32,256 bases of DNA, taken from the NCBI GenBank assembly GCA_015490475.1, contig WFXT01000188.1:1-32256 (forward strand). The letters are read 5' to 3'. The stretch's first letter is position 1; every line of letters begins with the position of its first letter. The notes below the pieces were generated by a model. The model saw only the letters and a program-made list of their open reading frames with translations. It was not told where the DNA came from and made no database searches. The position numbers were made by a program, and so were the translations under genes. Below, one piece after another: positions 24,124 through 32,256 of the stretch. This DNA is from Bacteroidota bacterium. GTDB lineage: Bacteria; Bacteroidota; Bacteroidia; JAADEI01.

Positions 24124-24729
24124 ATGGACTCTCTATTCTGGAAAGACCTTATAACAGTTACCATGACCCTCTTTGCGATAATTGATATTGTTGGCAACCT
24201 GCCCATTTTCATTGATTTGAACCGCACATGGGGTTCCATACCACACGTAAGAACAACAATTTACTCTGCCCTCTTCATGGTTGCCTTCTGGCTGGCGGGT
24301 GATTCAATACTCTCTCTTGTTGGAATTGATGTTCATTCCTTCGCAATAGCAGGCTCAATAGTAATTTTCATTATTGCCATAGAAATGATTTTGGGTGTGC
24401 ACATATTTAAAGATGACGGCTCAACAGGGAAAGATTCAGAGATGTCAAGGGCTATGGTGCCTCTAACCTTCCCCTTAATTGCAGGACCCGGAACCCTCAC
24501 AACAATACTGTCTCTGAAAGCACACTACAGCAATACAATAATCCTAATCGGCATTTTAATAAACATGCTAATAATATGGCTTGTTCTTAGTCTAATTCCC
24601 TATCTCCAAAAATTTATTAAACCTGGTGTTTTGGCAGTGCTCAGAAGACTATTTGGGATTGTTCTTATGGCTATTGCTGTGAAAATGTTCCTCGGTAATT
24701 TGTTTCAGTTGCTTCAAGCCTTTTCGTGA
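24124..24729 (+). CDS. MarC/UPF0056 family integral membrane protein
   Basis: 201 aa with six predicted hydrophobic segments. The blocks FAIIDIVGNLPIF near the N-terminus and PLTFPLIAGPGTLTT in the middle are the blocks I recall for the MarC family. It starts 7 nt after the alaS stop. Confidence 0.8.
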   Translation: MDSLFWKDLITVTMTLFAIIDIVGNLPIFIDLNRTWGSIPHVRTTIYSALFMVAFWLAGDSILSLVGIDVHSFAIAGSIVIFIIAIEMILGVHIFKDDGSTGKDSEMSRAMVPLTFPLIAGPGTLTTILSLKAHYSNTIILIGILINMLIIWLVLSLIPYLQKFIKPGVLAVLRRLFGIVLMAIAVKMFLGNLFQLLQAFS

Positions 24730-24762
24730 TTGTATTAAAAGCTATCTTTTTCCTAAACTACC

Positions 24763-25848
24763 CTACTTTAACAGTTCTTCTTCTGCCATTCTGGCAAAAT
24801 CACTTATGTTGGCTCTCAGACTATATACATTATCATAGCCCATCTGCCGTAAAATCTCGGTCAAATAGCCACTGGTGTTTCCTGTGTTACAAAAGAGAAC
24901 TACTGTTTTGTCCTTGGGAATTTCATTTATTCTTCTCTCAAATTCTGCAGCAGGGATTACTTTGTGTGGGACTGCCTCTGCTCTTAACATTGCCTGTCCT
25001 CTAACATCAATCCATACGACATCGTCTCTTTTGAGCCATTGTCTTGCCTCGTTCAGGTCTATTTCGTAAGGCTTCTTAAAAAACCTAAACATTTCACACG
25101 GAATTTTGTAGTCTAACTTTTTTAATTCATTAAGCGTTTTAGGGCGTCTGGACTCACTTGACCGAACGGTAATCACCTCCCATGCATTGGTTTTTAAATC
25201 AACAATAAGCAGTTTACCGTCCAGTCCGTCCAGACCTGTGATATATTTAATCGCTTCTGTGGCTTGAAGGGTTCCTATCAACACCGGAAGAGTACTAAGA
25301 ACTCCTACTTCTGAGCAGGACACATAAGAGAAATCTGGCTCCGGGAAAATATCTCTATAAGTTACTTTCTCTTTGCCATTAAACAAAGCAACTTGTCCAA
25401 TGAATTGTTCTGCGGCACCAAAAACAACGGGAATCCCAACTATTGAACCATAATCAGAAAGCAAATAATGTGTTCCTGCATTATCAGAGCAATCAATTAT
25501 TATATCTGGTTTACCAATCAAGGTATCTATATTGTCAGGCGTAACAAATTCAGCAATATATTGGGCTTGAACATCACTGTTTATTTGCCTTATTTTCTGA
25601 TATGCACACAAAGCCTTTGCCTTCCCAACATCGTGTTCCCCATACAATGGCTGTCTATTGAGATTTGACTCCTCAACAATATCTCCATCAATGACTGTTA
25701 TTCTACCAAAACCGGAAGAAGCAAGCAGAGGCAAAGCACCTGATGCCAGCCCACCGGCTCCAACAACCACAACAGAACTTCTCTTTATCTTACGCTGTCC
25801 GCCTTCCCCTATTTCACTGAGATTAACATGCGAAAGGTATCGATTCAT
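24763..25848 (-). CDS. ThiF/MoeB/HesA-family adenylyltransferase fused to a C-terminal rhodanese domain
   Basis: E1-like nucleotide-binding fold: VVVVGAGGLASGALPLLASSGFGRITVIDGDIVEESNLNRQPLY. Also CSEVGVLSTLPVLIGTLQATEAIK. The C-terminal rhodanese has the active-site loop LFCNTGNTSG. Confidence 0.8.
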   Translation of the reverse strand: MNRYLSHVNLSEIGEGGQRKIKRSSVVVVGAGGLASGALPLLASSGFGRITVIDGDIVEESNLNRQPLYGEHDVGKAKALCAYQKIRQINSDVQAQYIAEFVTPDNIDTLIGKPDIIIDCSDNAGTHYLLSDYGSIVGIPVVFGAAEQFIGQVALFNGKEKVTYRDIFPEPDFSYVSCSEVGVLSTLPVLIGTLQATEAIKYITGLDGLDGKLLIVDLKTNAWEVITVRSSESRRPKTLNELKKLDYKIPCEMFRFFKKPYEIDLNEARQWLKRDDVVWIDVRGQAMLRAEAVPHKVIPAAEFERRINEIPKDKTVVLFCNTGNTSGYLTEILRQMGYDNVYSLRANISDFARMAEEELLK

Positions 25849-25880
25849 AGCAGAGATTCACTTTAATAATAACGCAATTA

Positions 25881-28154
25881 TTACTTAAGCTTAAGTTTCA
25901 AGCCCACAATAGGAATCAAAGGTAATTGATACACAACATCTCCAGTTACCCTATTGACATAGAAGACGTTCCTGCGATTGTAGGCGTTGAACAAACTGAA
26001 ATATGAAACAAGTGTTGCTCTATGCGATAAGAAAAATCTGTATTCCACGTGCAGGTCAAGGCGATGATATGGCGGCAAGCGATACTTATTATAATTCTTG
26101 TTATCCAGAATAAGTCCCACATTATAGATGCCTGAAACATAATCATCTGTTATGCCACCTGGAAAGTCATATTGTGGATAGAATCCGGCAGTTGGCGTGT
26201 AAGGAAGTCCAGAACCGAACATCCATCTTGCTGAGAACATCCATTGTTTTGCCTTGCCTGCTTCATACGAAACAAGTACATTGGCATAATGCCTTCTGTC
26301 AAACCATGGGAAATATTCCCTTATTCCGTCATCCCTGATAACATAAGTAAACACATAACTCGCCTGTGTCCATAGTCTATCTGTTTTATAGGAAACCATC
26401 AGGTCAAACCCGGCGGCATAACCATCTTCTACAATGTAATCTGGTTCTGTAGGAAACATTTTGTACCTGTTCACAGAAAACAGTCTGAAGAACTTCTTGT
26501 AGAAAAATTCAATATTAACCTGCACATTGTTAACAGGCTCCCATTCGGCTCCAGCAATAGCATGGAATGCGCTCTGAACGTTTGTCCTAATTGGTTTTCC
26601 ATTGAACGTTAAAGTTCCTTCAGGTAAGTTCAGAAAACCAACAAACAATTGAGTTATTTCAGCATCGGACACTGTTGTAAAAAGACTTTGAGTATAAATG
26701 CCCGTAGCTCCCTTAAATCGCAACTTCTCAGAATGATTATATTTCATAGAAAAGCGTGGTTCTGGAAGAAGGTATCCCCCGGTAGCATAGTAATGAAATC
26801 TAAGCCCTGGCTCAAGTATCAGTTTTTGTTTCCAGTTCCTACGTGCCTTAACATAAACGACTAATTCAGACACATTACGCTTATAAGTAATCCGCTGGTT
26901 GAAGAGATTATAGAACTCCAGTTCCGAAGAGTATCCCTGCATGGCAACGCCATATTGCAATAGTCGTCGCTCTGCACCATGGTATTGAACATATATCTCA
27001 GCAATAAAACTGGACAACGAACTATGGGAAGGTTTGGCACCGGGGACAAGCATTGATGCTTGATAGCCACTATATCCGAGCACACCCCCAAGCAAGAAAC
27101 GTGTTCCGGGCGGTGATACTATAAAATTAACTCCTCCTCCTGAATTTTTCCATGCATACTGTGCATCTGGAAAGCCAACGGAATCACTGAAGTTGAACCA
27201 GAATCCAGAAACACGGCTACCACGCTTGCTCCTCAGAGTTACCTTACCAAAGAAGTCTGCAAACCTATAAGGCAAATTACCACTATCAATGAATGAGTAC
27301 ACTTTGGGTGCAATAAAGTCCAACCTGCTTAGCTGTCCCCCTAATACAATTCCAGAACCATGTTTATTGAAAGGTAATGAAAGCCATGCATCAGATACAA
27401 AAGGGTTTATTGCTATGCCTCCTGTCATTCTTTTTCTCGGCTCAAGGCTTTTAATATCAAGTACGGCGGACAACCTGCCACCATATTCCGCATTAAAGCC
27501 CCCTGTGTAAAGCGTTACAGACCTTATAATATCACTCTGAAAAACCGAAAACAGCCCTAATGAATGCTGATACTGGAAAATAGGCACTCCATCAAGAAGG
27601 GTAAGTGTTTGTACTGGCGTTCCACCACGGATGAAGATTTGTCCCCCCACATCACCAGTGGATACGACACCGGGAAGGGTCTGCAAATATTGAATAACAT
27701 CCTGCTTTCCTATTGAAGGCAAGCTCTTTATTTGAGTGGGTGTAATACGAAACATTGACGTTCTGGCTTCCTGCAATGCCTGTTGCTTGGTGGTTGTAAT
27801 AGTCACGGTCTTCAGCCTAACAGAAGCAGGCTTTAACGTGAACCTTTTGGTTACTACCTGCCCTGCCTTAAGGGTTATTTTCTCCTTCAAAGTATCATAT
27901 CCGATAAGGAATGCAAGTAATGTATATGTCCCCGGCTTTAGAGTAAAGGCGAAGAACCCTTCGTCATTGGTTAGAGTAACGCTCCCTGTCTCTTTTATCA
28001 TAACATAGGCAAATGGCAAGGGCTCTGCTGTCTCATGGTCAAATATGAATCCCTTTAAGTATGCATCCTGCGACTTAATGTTAAAACTTGCCAAAATTAA
28101 AGAACAGAACAACACTACCCTGAATCCCATAAATCCTATTATACTTCTGCTCAT
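25881..28154 (-). CDS. TonB-dependent outer-membrane receptor with an N-terminal carboxypeptidase-regulatory-like domain
   Basis: It has a signal peptide. The CarbopepD_reg-like domain is LKGFIFDHETAEPLPFAYVMIKETGSVTLTNDEGFFAF...GTYTLLAF. The plug region contains PGVVSTGDVGGQIFIRGGTPVQTLTLLDGVPIF. A long Tyr/Gly/Phe-rich beta-barrel follows. An alternative start is Met9 (28130). Confidence 0.85.
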   Translation of the reverse strand: MSRSIIGFMGFRVVLFCSLILASFNIKSQDAYLKGFIFDHETAEPLPFAYVMIKETGSVTLTNDEGFFAFTLKPGTYTLLAFLIGYDTLKEKITLKAGQVVTKRFTLKPASVRLKTVTITTTKQQALQEARTSMFRITPTQIKSLPSIGKQDVIQYLQTLPGVVSTGDVGGQIFIRGGTPVQTLTLLDGVPIFQYQHSLGLFSVFQSDIIRSVTLYTGGFNAEYGGRLSAVLDIKSLEPRKRMTGGIAINPFVSDAWLSLPFNKHGSGIVLGGQLSRLDFIAPKVYSFIDSGNLPYRFADFFGKVTLRSKRGSRVSGFWFNFSDSVGFPDAQYAWKNSGGGVNFIVSPPGTRFLLGGVLGYSGYQASMLVPGAKPSHSSLSSFIAEIYVQYHGAERRLLQYGVAMQGYSSELEFYNLFNQRITYKRNVSELVVYVKARRNWKQKLILEPGLRFHYYATGGYLLPEPRFSMKYNHSEKLRFKGATGIYTQSLFTTVSDAEITQLFVGFLNLPEGTLTFNGKPIRTNVQSAFHAIAGAEWEPVNNVQVNIEFFYKKFFRLFSVNRYKMFPTEPDYIVEDGYAAGFDLMVSYKTDRLWTQASYVFTYVIRDDGIREYFPWFDRRHYANVLVSYEAGKAKQWMFSARWMFGSGLPYTPTAGFYPQYDFPGGITDDYVSGIYNVGLILDNKNYNKYRLPPYHRLDLHVEYRFFLSHRATLVSYFSLFNAYNRRNVFYVNRVTGDVVYQLPLIPIVGLKLKLK

Positions 28155-28168
28155 ATGTACACTTTAGT

Positions 28169-28792
28169 CTATATCAACAGTTCACCAGCCCCCTGCCTTA
28201 TCACGGTTGGCTCATCACCGGTCAGGTCCACTACGGTAGTTGGCGTTGTACCCCGTGGTCCAGCATCCACGACTATATCTACTATTTTACCATACCTCTC
28301 AAAGATTTCCACAGGATCTGTCATGTATCCTTTTATTTCGTCCTGTTCATCATATAGAGAAGTTGTAATGAGCGGTTCTCCCAGAGCTTCTACAATAGCT
28401 ATAGGAACAGGGTCATCTGGAATTCTTATCCCTATTGTATGTCGTCTATTAAGGAAAGTTCTTGGTATTTTAGCAGAAGCAGGCAGAATAAACGTGAAAG
28501 GTCCGGGAAGATGTTTTTTCAGTAATCTGAAAGTGGACTTATCAATAGGTGAAACATATTCTGAAGCCTGAGAGAAATTAGCACAAATGATGGAAAAGGT
28601 GGCTTTAGCAGGTTCTATTCGTTTCAATTCACACAATCGCTCAATGGCGTCCTTCCTTGAAAATGCCACCCCCATTGCATAGACACTATCAGTAGGAAAA
28701 ATTGCCACTCCTCCGTCCTTTAAAATTTCTGCCACTTGTTGAATCTTCCGTTTCTGTGGCGATTGAGGATAAACAACTATTCTTTGACCCAT
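28169..28792 (-). CDS. tsaC: L-threonylcarbamoyladenylate synthase (YrdC/Sua5/YciO family)
   Basis: 207 aa with the blocks GGVAIFPTDSVYAMG, LCELKRIEPAKATFSIIC, LPGPFTFIL, HTIGIRIPD and TTSL. It lacks the Sua5 C-terminal domain, so it is the short YrdC/YciO type. Confidence 0.8.
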   Translation of the reverse strand: MGQRIVVYPQSPQKRKIQQVAEILKDGGVAIFPTDSVYAMGVAFSRKDAIERLCELKRIEPAKATFSIICANFSQASEYVSPIDKSTFRLLKKHLPGPFTFILPASAKIPRTFLNRRHTIGIRIPDDPVPIAIVEALGEPLITTSLYDEQDEIKGYMTDPVEIFERYGKIVDIVVDAGPRGTTPTTVVDLTGDEPTVIRQGAGELLI

Positions 28793-28812
28793 CTGATTAT
28801 TTTTTTCTGGTG

Positions 28813-30012
28813 TTATCCTTCTTGCTTAGCAAGTTCTACAGCTAATCTGGCTGCCTCGTCAAAACTGGATGTATAATGAACGTTGAGCCCCGATTGCTCA
28901 ATTATCTCCCTTGCCAAGTCTGCATTAGTTCCTTGCAAGCGAACCACTATTGGCACAGGAACTCCCCCCATTTCTTCAACTGCCTGCACAATTCCCTTAG
29001 CAACACGGTCTCCTCTTACTATTCCACCGAATATATTCACCAGAATGGACTTAACATTAGGATCTCTCAGGATAAGTTCAAATCCCACCTTTACTGTTTC
29101 TGGCGTTGCCTTACCCCCGACATCAAGGAAATTAGCAGGCTCCCCACCATGATACTTAATAAGGTCCATAGTAGCCATAGCCAGCCCAGCACCATTAACC
29201 ATGCATCCAACAAATCCGTCCAGTTTGACGAAACTTAGCCCGTGTTGAGACGCAATAACTTCGGCAGGGTCTTCTTCTTCAACATCCCTCATCTCGGCAA
29301 TATCAGGATGCCTGAACAACGCATTGTCATCTATCTGCACCTTGGCATCAACAGCAATTAGACGACCATCACTTGCTTTCAACAGTGGATTTATCTCTAT
29401 AAGGGACGCATCCAAAGTAGTAAATGCTTTGTACAAACCTTGCAGGAAATTAACCATATCTTTAAAAGCCTGCCCGGTCAATCCCAGATTAAATGCTATT
29501 CTGCGTGCCTGATAGGGTTGCAAACCAAGGGTTGGATGTGTATGCTCAGTGAAAATCTTTTCTGGACTTTTTTCTGCAACTTCTTCAATATCGACACCAC
29601 CCTCTGGAGAGTAAATAATAGCAACTGTTTCCTTTTCTCTATCAACCAGCATGCTCAAATAATATTCGTGCCTTTCTTCCGGACCGGGATAATAGACATC
29701 TTGCGCTACAAGTATTTTGCGAACCTTCTTACCTTCTGGTCCAGTCTGTGGTGTTACAAGGATTTTACCTATTAATTCCTTTGCTATTTCATACACTTCA
29801 TCAAGCGTCTTAGCAACTTTAACACCTCCTGCTTTTCCGCGTCCCCCTGCATGTATTTGTGCCTTCAGAACCCACACTTGCGTTCCTGTCTGTTCTTGAA
29901 CTTTCTTAGCTGCTTCTACTGCCTCCTCTGGCGTCGTGGCAACAATTCCATCCTGAACTCTGACACCAAACTTCTTGAGCAACTCCTTAGCTTGATACTC
30001 ATGAAGATTCAT
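28813..30012 (-). CDS. sucC: Succinate--CoA ligase (ADP-forming) beta subunit
   Basis: Blocks: MNLHEYQAKELLKKFGV, KAQIHAGGRGKAGGVK, LEINPL, NGAGLAMATMD, VNIFGGIVR. A TAAGTTTG box lies 17 nt upstream of the ATG. Confidence 0.95.
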   Translation of the reverse strand: MNLHEYQAKELLKKFGVRVQDGIVATTPEEAVEAAKKVQEQTGTQVWVLKAQIHAGGRGKAGGVKVAKTLDEVYEIAKELIGKILVTPQTGPEGKKVRKILVAQDVYYPGPEERHEYYLSMLVDREKETVAIIYSPEGGVDIEEVAEKSPEKIFTEHTHPTLGLQPYQARRIAFNLGLTGQAFKDMVNFLQGLYKAFTTLDASLIEINPLLKASDGRLIAVDAKVQIDDNALFRHPDIAEMRDVEEEDPAEVIASQHGLSFVKLDGFVGCMVNGAGLAMATMDLIKYHGGEPANFLDVGGKATPETVKVGFELILRDPNVKSILVNIFGGIVRGDRVAKGIVQAVEEMGGVPVPIVVRLQGTNADLAREIIEQSGLNVHYTSSFDEAARLAVELAKQEG

Positions 30013-30029
30013 ATCCTGCTTATTTGGGT

Positions 30030-30037
30030 CAAACTTA
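30030..30037 (-). promoter_or_regulatory. Candidate -7 box (TAnnTTTG) for sucC
   Basis: The plus strand reads CAAACTTA, which is TAAGTTTG on the minus strand. It is separated by 17 nt from the sucC ATG (30012). Confidence 0.45.
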
Positions 30038-30074
30038 CATCAAAAGTGTGAAATAAAGATAGCCTTATTCAATG

Positions 30075-30914
30075 TCAAGCTTCAAGATATTCCTTCAAAG
30101 TTTTCCCATCTTGTGGTTTCCACTCAGTCAATCCATTTGCATTTCTACCCAACACTACACTTGCAGCCTTTGAAGGACTGGTAAATTCGTAGTCCTTATT
30201 AAACTTATATGTTATCTTATCCACAACACCATTATCCAGCAACATTGCCCTAGTTTTAATATGTGTCTTTGGACAAGAGGGCTGTTCTTCCCTCGCTATG
30301 CTTGAATTTTTAAACACAATAAAGGATCCTCCCTCATATATACCTTTGGCATTGATACCCTTATTTGATTTTTTGATGTAAAAGATAGTTTTTCCAGAGG
30401 TTTCAATAGGAATAAAAATATTGTAACCCAGTACCCCAGTCATCATGACAATATTATCAACAAATTCATCCATTTCTGCCTTATCCGGCTCTGATATGCG
30501 TGCTCCTTGTGGTACGTTATCGTTTTTCAAAATCGATCGTGATGCATTAGTTGCCATTTCATATAATTTACTCTCCATATATCTCACATGTGCTTTGTTC
30601 ATATTCTCATCCTTGCTGATAAAAATGATTGCTTCATTCCAGAAGTCCTTATCATTGTGTTGCCTCAATCTGAATAAAACATTTTCACTTTCCCCAATAT
30701 ATACCAAAGGCATACCCTGCTCTTCATCTTTACCAACGAGAATATAAACTCCAACCTTTTGCAAATCCTCTCTATCGTCTGAATAACGAATCCTGTCTCG
30801 TGGTATCCTATACACTTTTCCTGTCCAATTAGATAGCTCTACCATCATTCTTCCTGATGGCTCACCATCTATGAGATAAAGAGTTATCTTTTTGCCCCGC
30901 TTTATACTAACCAT
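30075..30914 (-). CDS. GIY-YIG nuclease-domain protein with a C-terminal DUF4357 domain
   Basis: GIY-YIG core: GVYILVG...PLVYIGESENVLFRLRQH...FWNEAIIF...AHVRYMESKLY. The C-terminal ~55 aa carry the DUF4357 'SPS' signature (FTSPSKAASVVLGRNANGLTEWK). It is a single gene between sucC and dnaX. Confidence 0.75.
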   Translation of the reverse strand: MVSIKRGKKITLYLIDGEPSGRMMVELSNWTGKVYRIPRDRIRYSDDREDLQKVGVYILVGKDEEQGMPLVYIGESENVLFRLRQHNDKDFWNEAIIFISKDENMNKAHVRYMESKLYEMATNASRSILKNDNVPQGARISEPDKAEMDEFVDNIVMMTGVLGYNIFIPIETSGKTIFYIKKSNKGINAKGIYEGGSFIVFKNSSIAREEQPSCPKTHIKTRAMLLDNGVVDKITYKFNKDYEFTSPSKAASVVLGRNANGLTEWKPQDGKTLKEYLEA

Positions 30915-31008
30915 GTCTTCAAATATGAAAACATTTTTTTGCTCTTAATAGACCCTAAATTTTAAGCAAGCTCTTTATTTAAAGCAAAAATCCTATCTTA
31001 GCATTACT

Positions 31009-32256
31009 ATGAACTCAACAGCACGGAAATATCGCCCTGCTAAATTTAGCGACGTAGTTGCCCAAGAGCATATAACCACTGCTTTGCGCAATGCAGTGAG
31101 AACGGGCAGGATTCCTCAGAGCCTTCTATTCTGCGGTCCACGGGGCGTTGGAAAAACAACATGTGCCAGAATATTGGCAAAAGCGATAAATTGCGAGAAT
31201 CCACAGGACGGCGAGCCTTGTGGCAAATGCCCTTCCTGTCAGAAGTTCGCCAACAACACATCCCTAAACGTATTTGAACTAGATGCAGCAAGTAACAACT
31301 CTGTTGATGACATAAGAAACCTGATTGAACAGGTCAGATTTCCCCCTACTGAAGGGAAATATAAAGTGTATATCATTGACGAGGTTCATATGCTTTCTCA
31401 GGCTGCATTTAATGCTTTTCTCAAAACACTTGAGGAACCCCCTGACTATGCAGTCTTTATCCTTGCAACAACAGAAAAGCATAAGATTCTGCCGACCATA
31501 ATATCCAGATGTCAAGTGTATGACTTTCGCAGAATCCCCGTGCCTCAAATAGTTGAGAGATTAAAGTTCGTGGCACAACAAGAAGGCATAGATGCAGATG
31601 AAGAAGCCTTATTTACAATTGCTGAATATGCCGATGGTGCATTACGAGATGCCCTTACTCTCTTTGATCGGCTTATATCTTATTCTGGCGATAAATTAAC
31701 TTACGAGGCGGTTACCGAAGCCCTTCACATACTTGATTACAATACATTTTTTGAAATTGCCGAATTACTAATTGTGCAGGACATTCCTGAACTCCTCAGA
31801 AAGTGGAAAGAAATATCCAATGCAGGATTTAACACAGAAGAATTTCTACACGGATTAGCCAGACACCTGAGAAATCTTTTATATTTAAAAACAGATGCAA
31901 CATCCGACCTGCTTGATGTCCCCGAAGCATGGCGAGACAAACTGAAAGAACAAGCGGAACGATTCAGTGCCTCCTACATAGTGTCCGCCCTGCTCACGCT
32001 TAACAGGTATGAAAATTCTTTAACTTTTGCAACAGACAAATATCTAACTACTGAGTTGGCATTAATGGAATTGGCAACATTGCCGTCTATAACGCCCAGA
32101 CAGGCTCGTGCAACAGAAAAACAGCAATCACCATCATCTCAAGGGCAACAGCAATCTCACAGAACAGACTCTACAAACCAAACATCTAATAAAAGCAACA
32201 AAAGAAGTCAACCAAAAACAGAACCTTCACAACCAACACCAGAAACACTATCTGAC
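31009..32256 (+). CDS. dnaX: DNA polymerase III subunit gamma/tau, N-terminal 416 codons; the 3' end lies outside the window
   Basis: This ORF is not in the supplied track because it has no stop in the window. My own translation from the ATG at 31009 gives MNSTARKYRPAKFSDVVAQEHITTALRNAVRTGRIPQSLLFCGPRGVGKTTCARILAKAINCENPQDGEPCGKCPSCQKF... It also has IIDEVHMLS and IISRCQVYDF (SRC motif). I hand-translated the first ~85 and last 112 codons and saw no stop. The frame is still open at 32256 in a Q/S/T/P-rich linker. Confidence 0.93.
   Translation, partial: MNSTARKYRPAKFSDVVAQEHITTALRNAVRTGRIPQSLLFCGPRGVGKTTCARILAKAINCENPQDGEPCGKCPSCQKFANNTSLNVFELDAASNNSVDDIRNLIEQVRFPPTEGKYKVYIIDEVHMLSQAAFNAFLKTLEEPPDYAVFILATTEKHKILPTIISRCQVYDFRRIPVPQIVERLKFVAQQEGIDADEEALFTIAEYADGALRDALTLFDRLISYSGDKLTYEAVTEALHILDYNTFFEIAELLIVQDIPELLRKWKEISNAGFNTEEFLHGLARHLRNLLYLKTDATSDLLDVPEAWRDKLKEQAERFSASYIVSALLTLNRYENSLTFATDKYLTTELALMELATLPSITPRQARATEKQQSPSSQGQQQSHRTDSTNQTSNKSNKRSQPKTEPSQPTPETLSD

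Noticed and set aside
24726-25004. A 92-aa hydrophobic ORF starting at the marC stop.
   Set aside because: It is antisense to the 3' part (rhodanese domain) of the ThiF/MoeB gene and has no recognisable motif. It is most likely spurious.
28155-28571. A 138-aa plus-strand ORF antisense to tsaC. Similar long antisense ORFs occur at 7849-8316, 21972-22370, 28876-29238 and 29440-29775.
   Set aside because: All lie fully inside well-supported genes on the opposite strand. They have Ser/Thr/Pro/Cys-rich or odd composition, no recognisable motifs and no promoter boxes. These are typical shadow ORFs.
28813-30012. sucC is not followed by sucD.
   Set aside because: As I recall, sucC and sucD are commonly unlinked in Bacteroidota, so this is not an anomaly on its own.
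30051-30980. A 9-bp inverted repeat (AAATAAAGA at 30051-30059, TCTTTATTT at 30972-30980) flanking the GIY-YIG gene, as possible insertion scars.
   Set aside because: It is short and AT-rich in AT-rich spacers, so it is easily explained by chance. There is no target-site duplication and no recombinase.
30915-31008. A possible SRP (4.5S) RNA gene upstream of dnaX, a frequent neighbour in other bacteria.
   Set aside because: The 94-nt spacer is AT-rich and has no GGAA-type tetraloop helix or GC-rich stem. It does not resemble SRP RNA.
31009-32256. A programmed -1 frameshift site for a gamma subunit in dnaX (A AAA AAG-type heptamer).
   Set aside because: I saw no such slippery heptamer in the visible 416 codons. 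The relevant region may lie beyond the window edge.

Overview
This looks like a chromosomal segment from a member of Bacteroidota. The evidence is a GldJ-like FGE-domain lipoprotein next to murF, a T9SS-type C-terminal sorting domain, a short (~290 aa) primary sigma factor, and eight exact TAnnTTTG -7 boxes upstream of start codons. I call 26 protein-coding genes, two of them truncated by the window edges, and they fill most of the window. I found no rRNA, tRNA, CRISPR array, transposase or integrase. Most genes are housekeeping: murF, ispH, rpsA, pnp, rpsO, a uvrA-family gene, rpoD, fabD, glmM-like, alaS, tsaC, sucC and dnaX. The non-core genes are an ECF sigma / soluble ZAS anti-sigma pair, a GDPD-like lipoprotein, a DUF2007 plus CPBP protease pair, a Methyltransf_32/Trm13-like methyltransferase, an FG-GAP T9SS cargo protein, a TonB-dependent receptor and a ThiF/MoeB-rhodanese protein. 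I do not see a convincing multi-gene novel system. The two best leads are single genes. One is a stand-alone Cas6-like RAMP protein (17192-17923) with no array or other cas genes in the window, sitting next to the largest non-coding tract. The other is a solitary GIY-YIG/DUF4357 nuclease-like gene between sucC and dnaX. Secondary observations are an RsrA-spaced zinc anti-sigma factor directly upstream of ispH, a UvrA-family protein that seems to lack one zinc module, a His/Gln/Arg-rich tail on PNPase that overlaps the next gene, and a 20-bp convergent gene overlap. All homology statements come from motif recognition by eye. No searches or computations were run.
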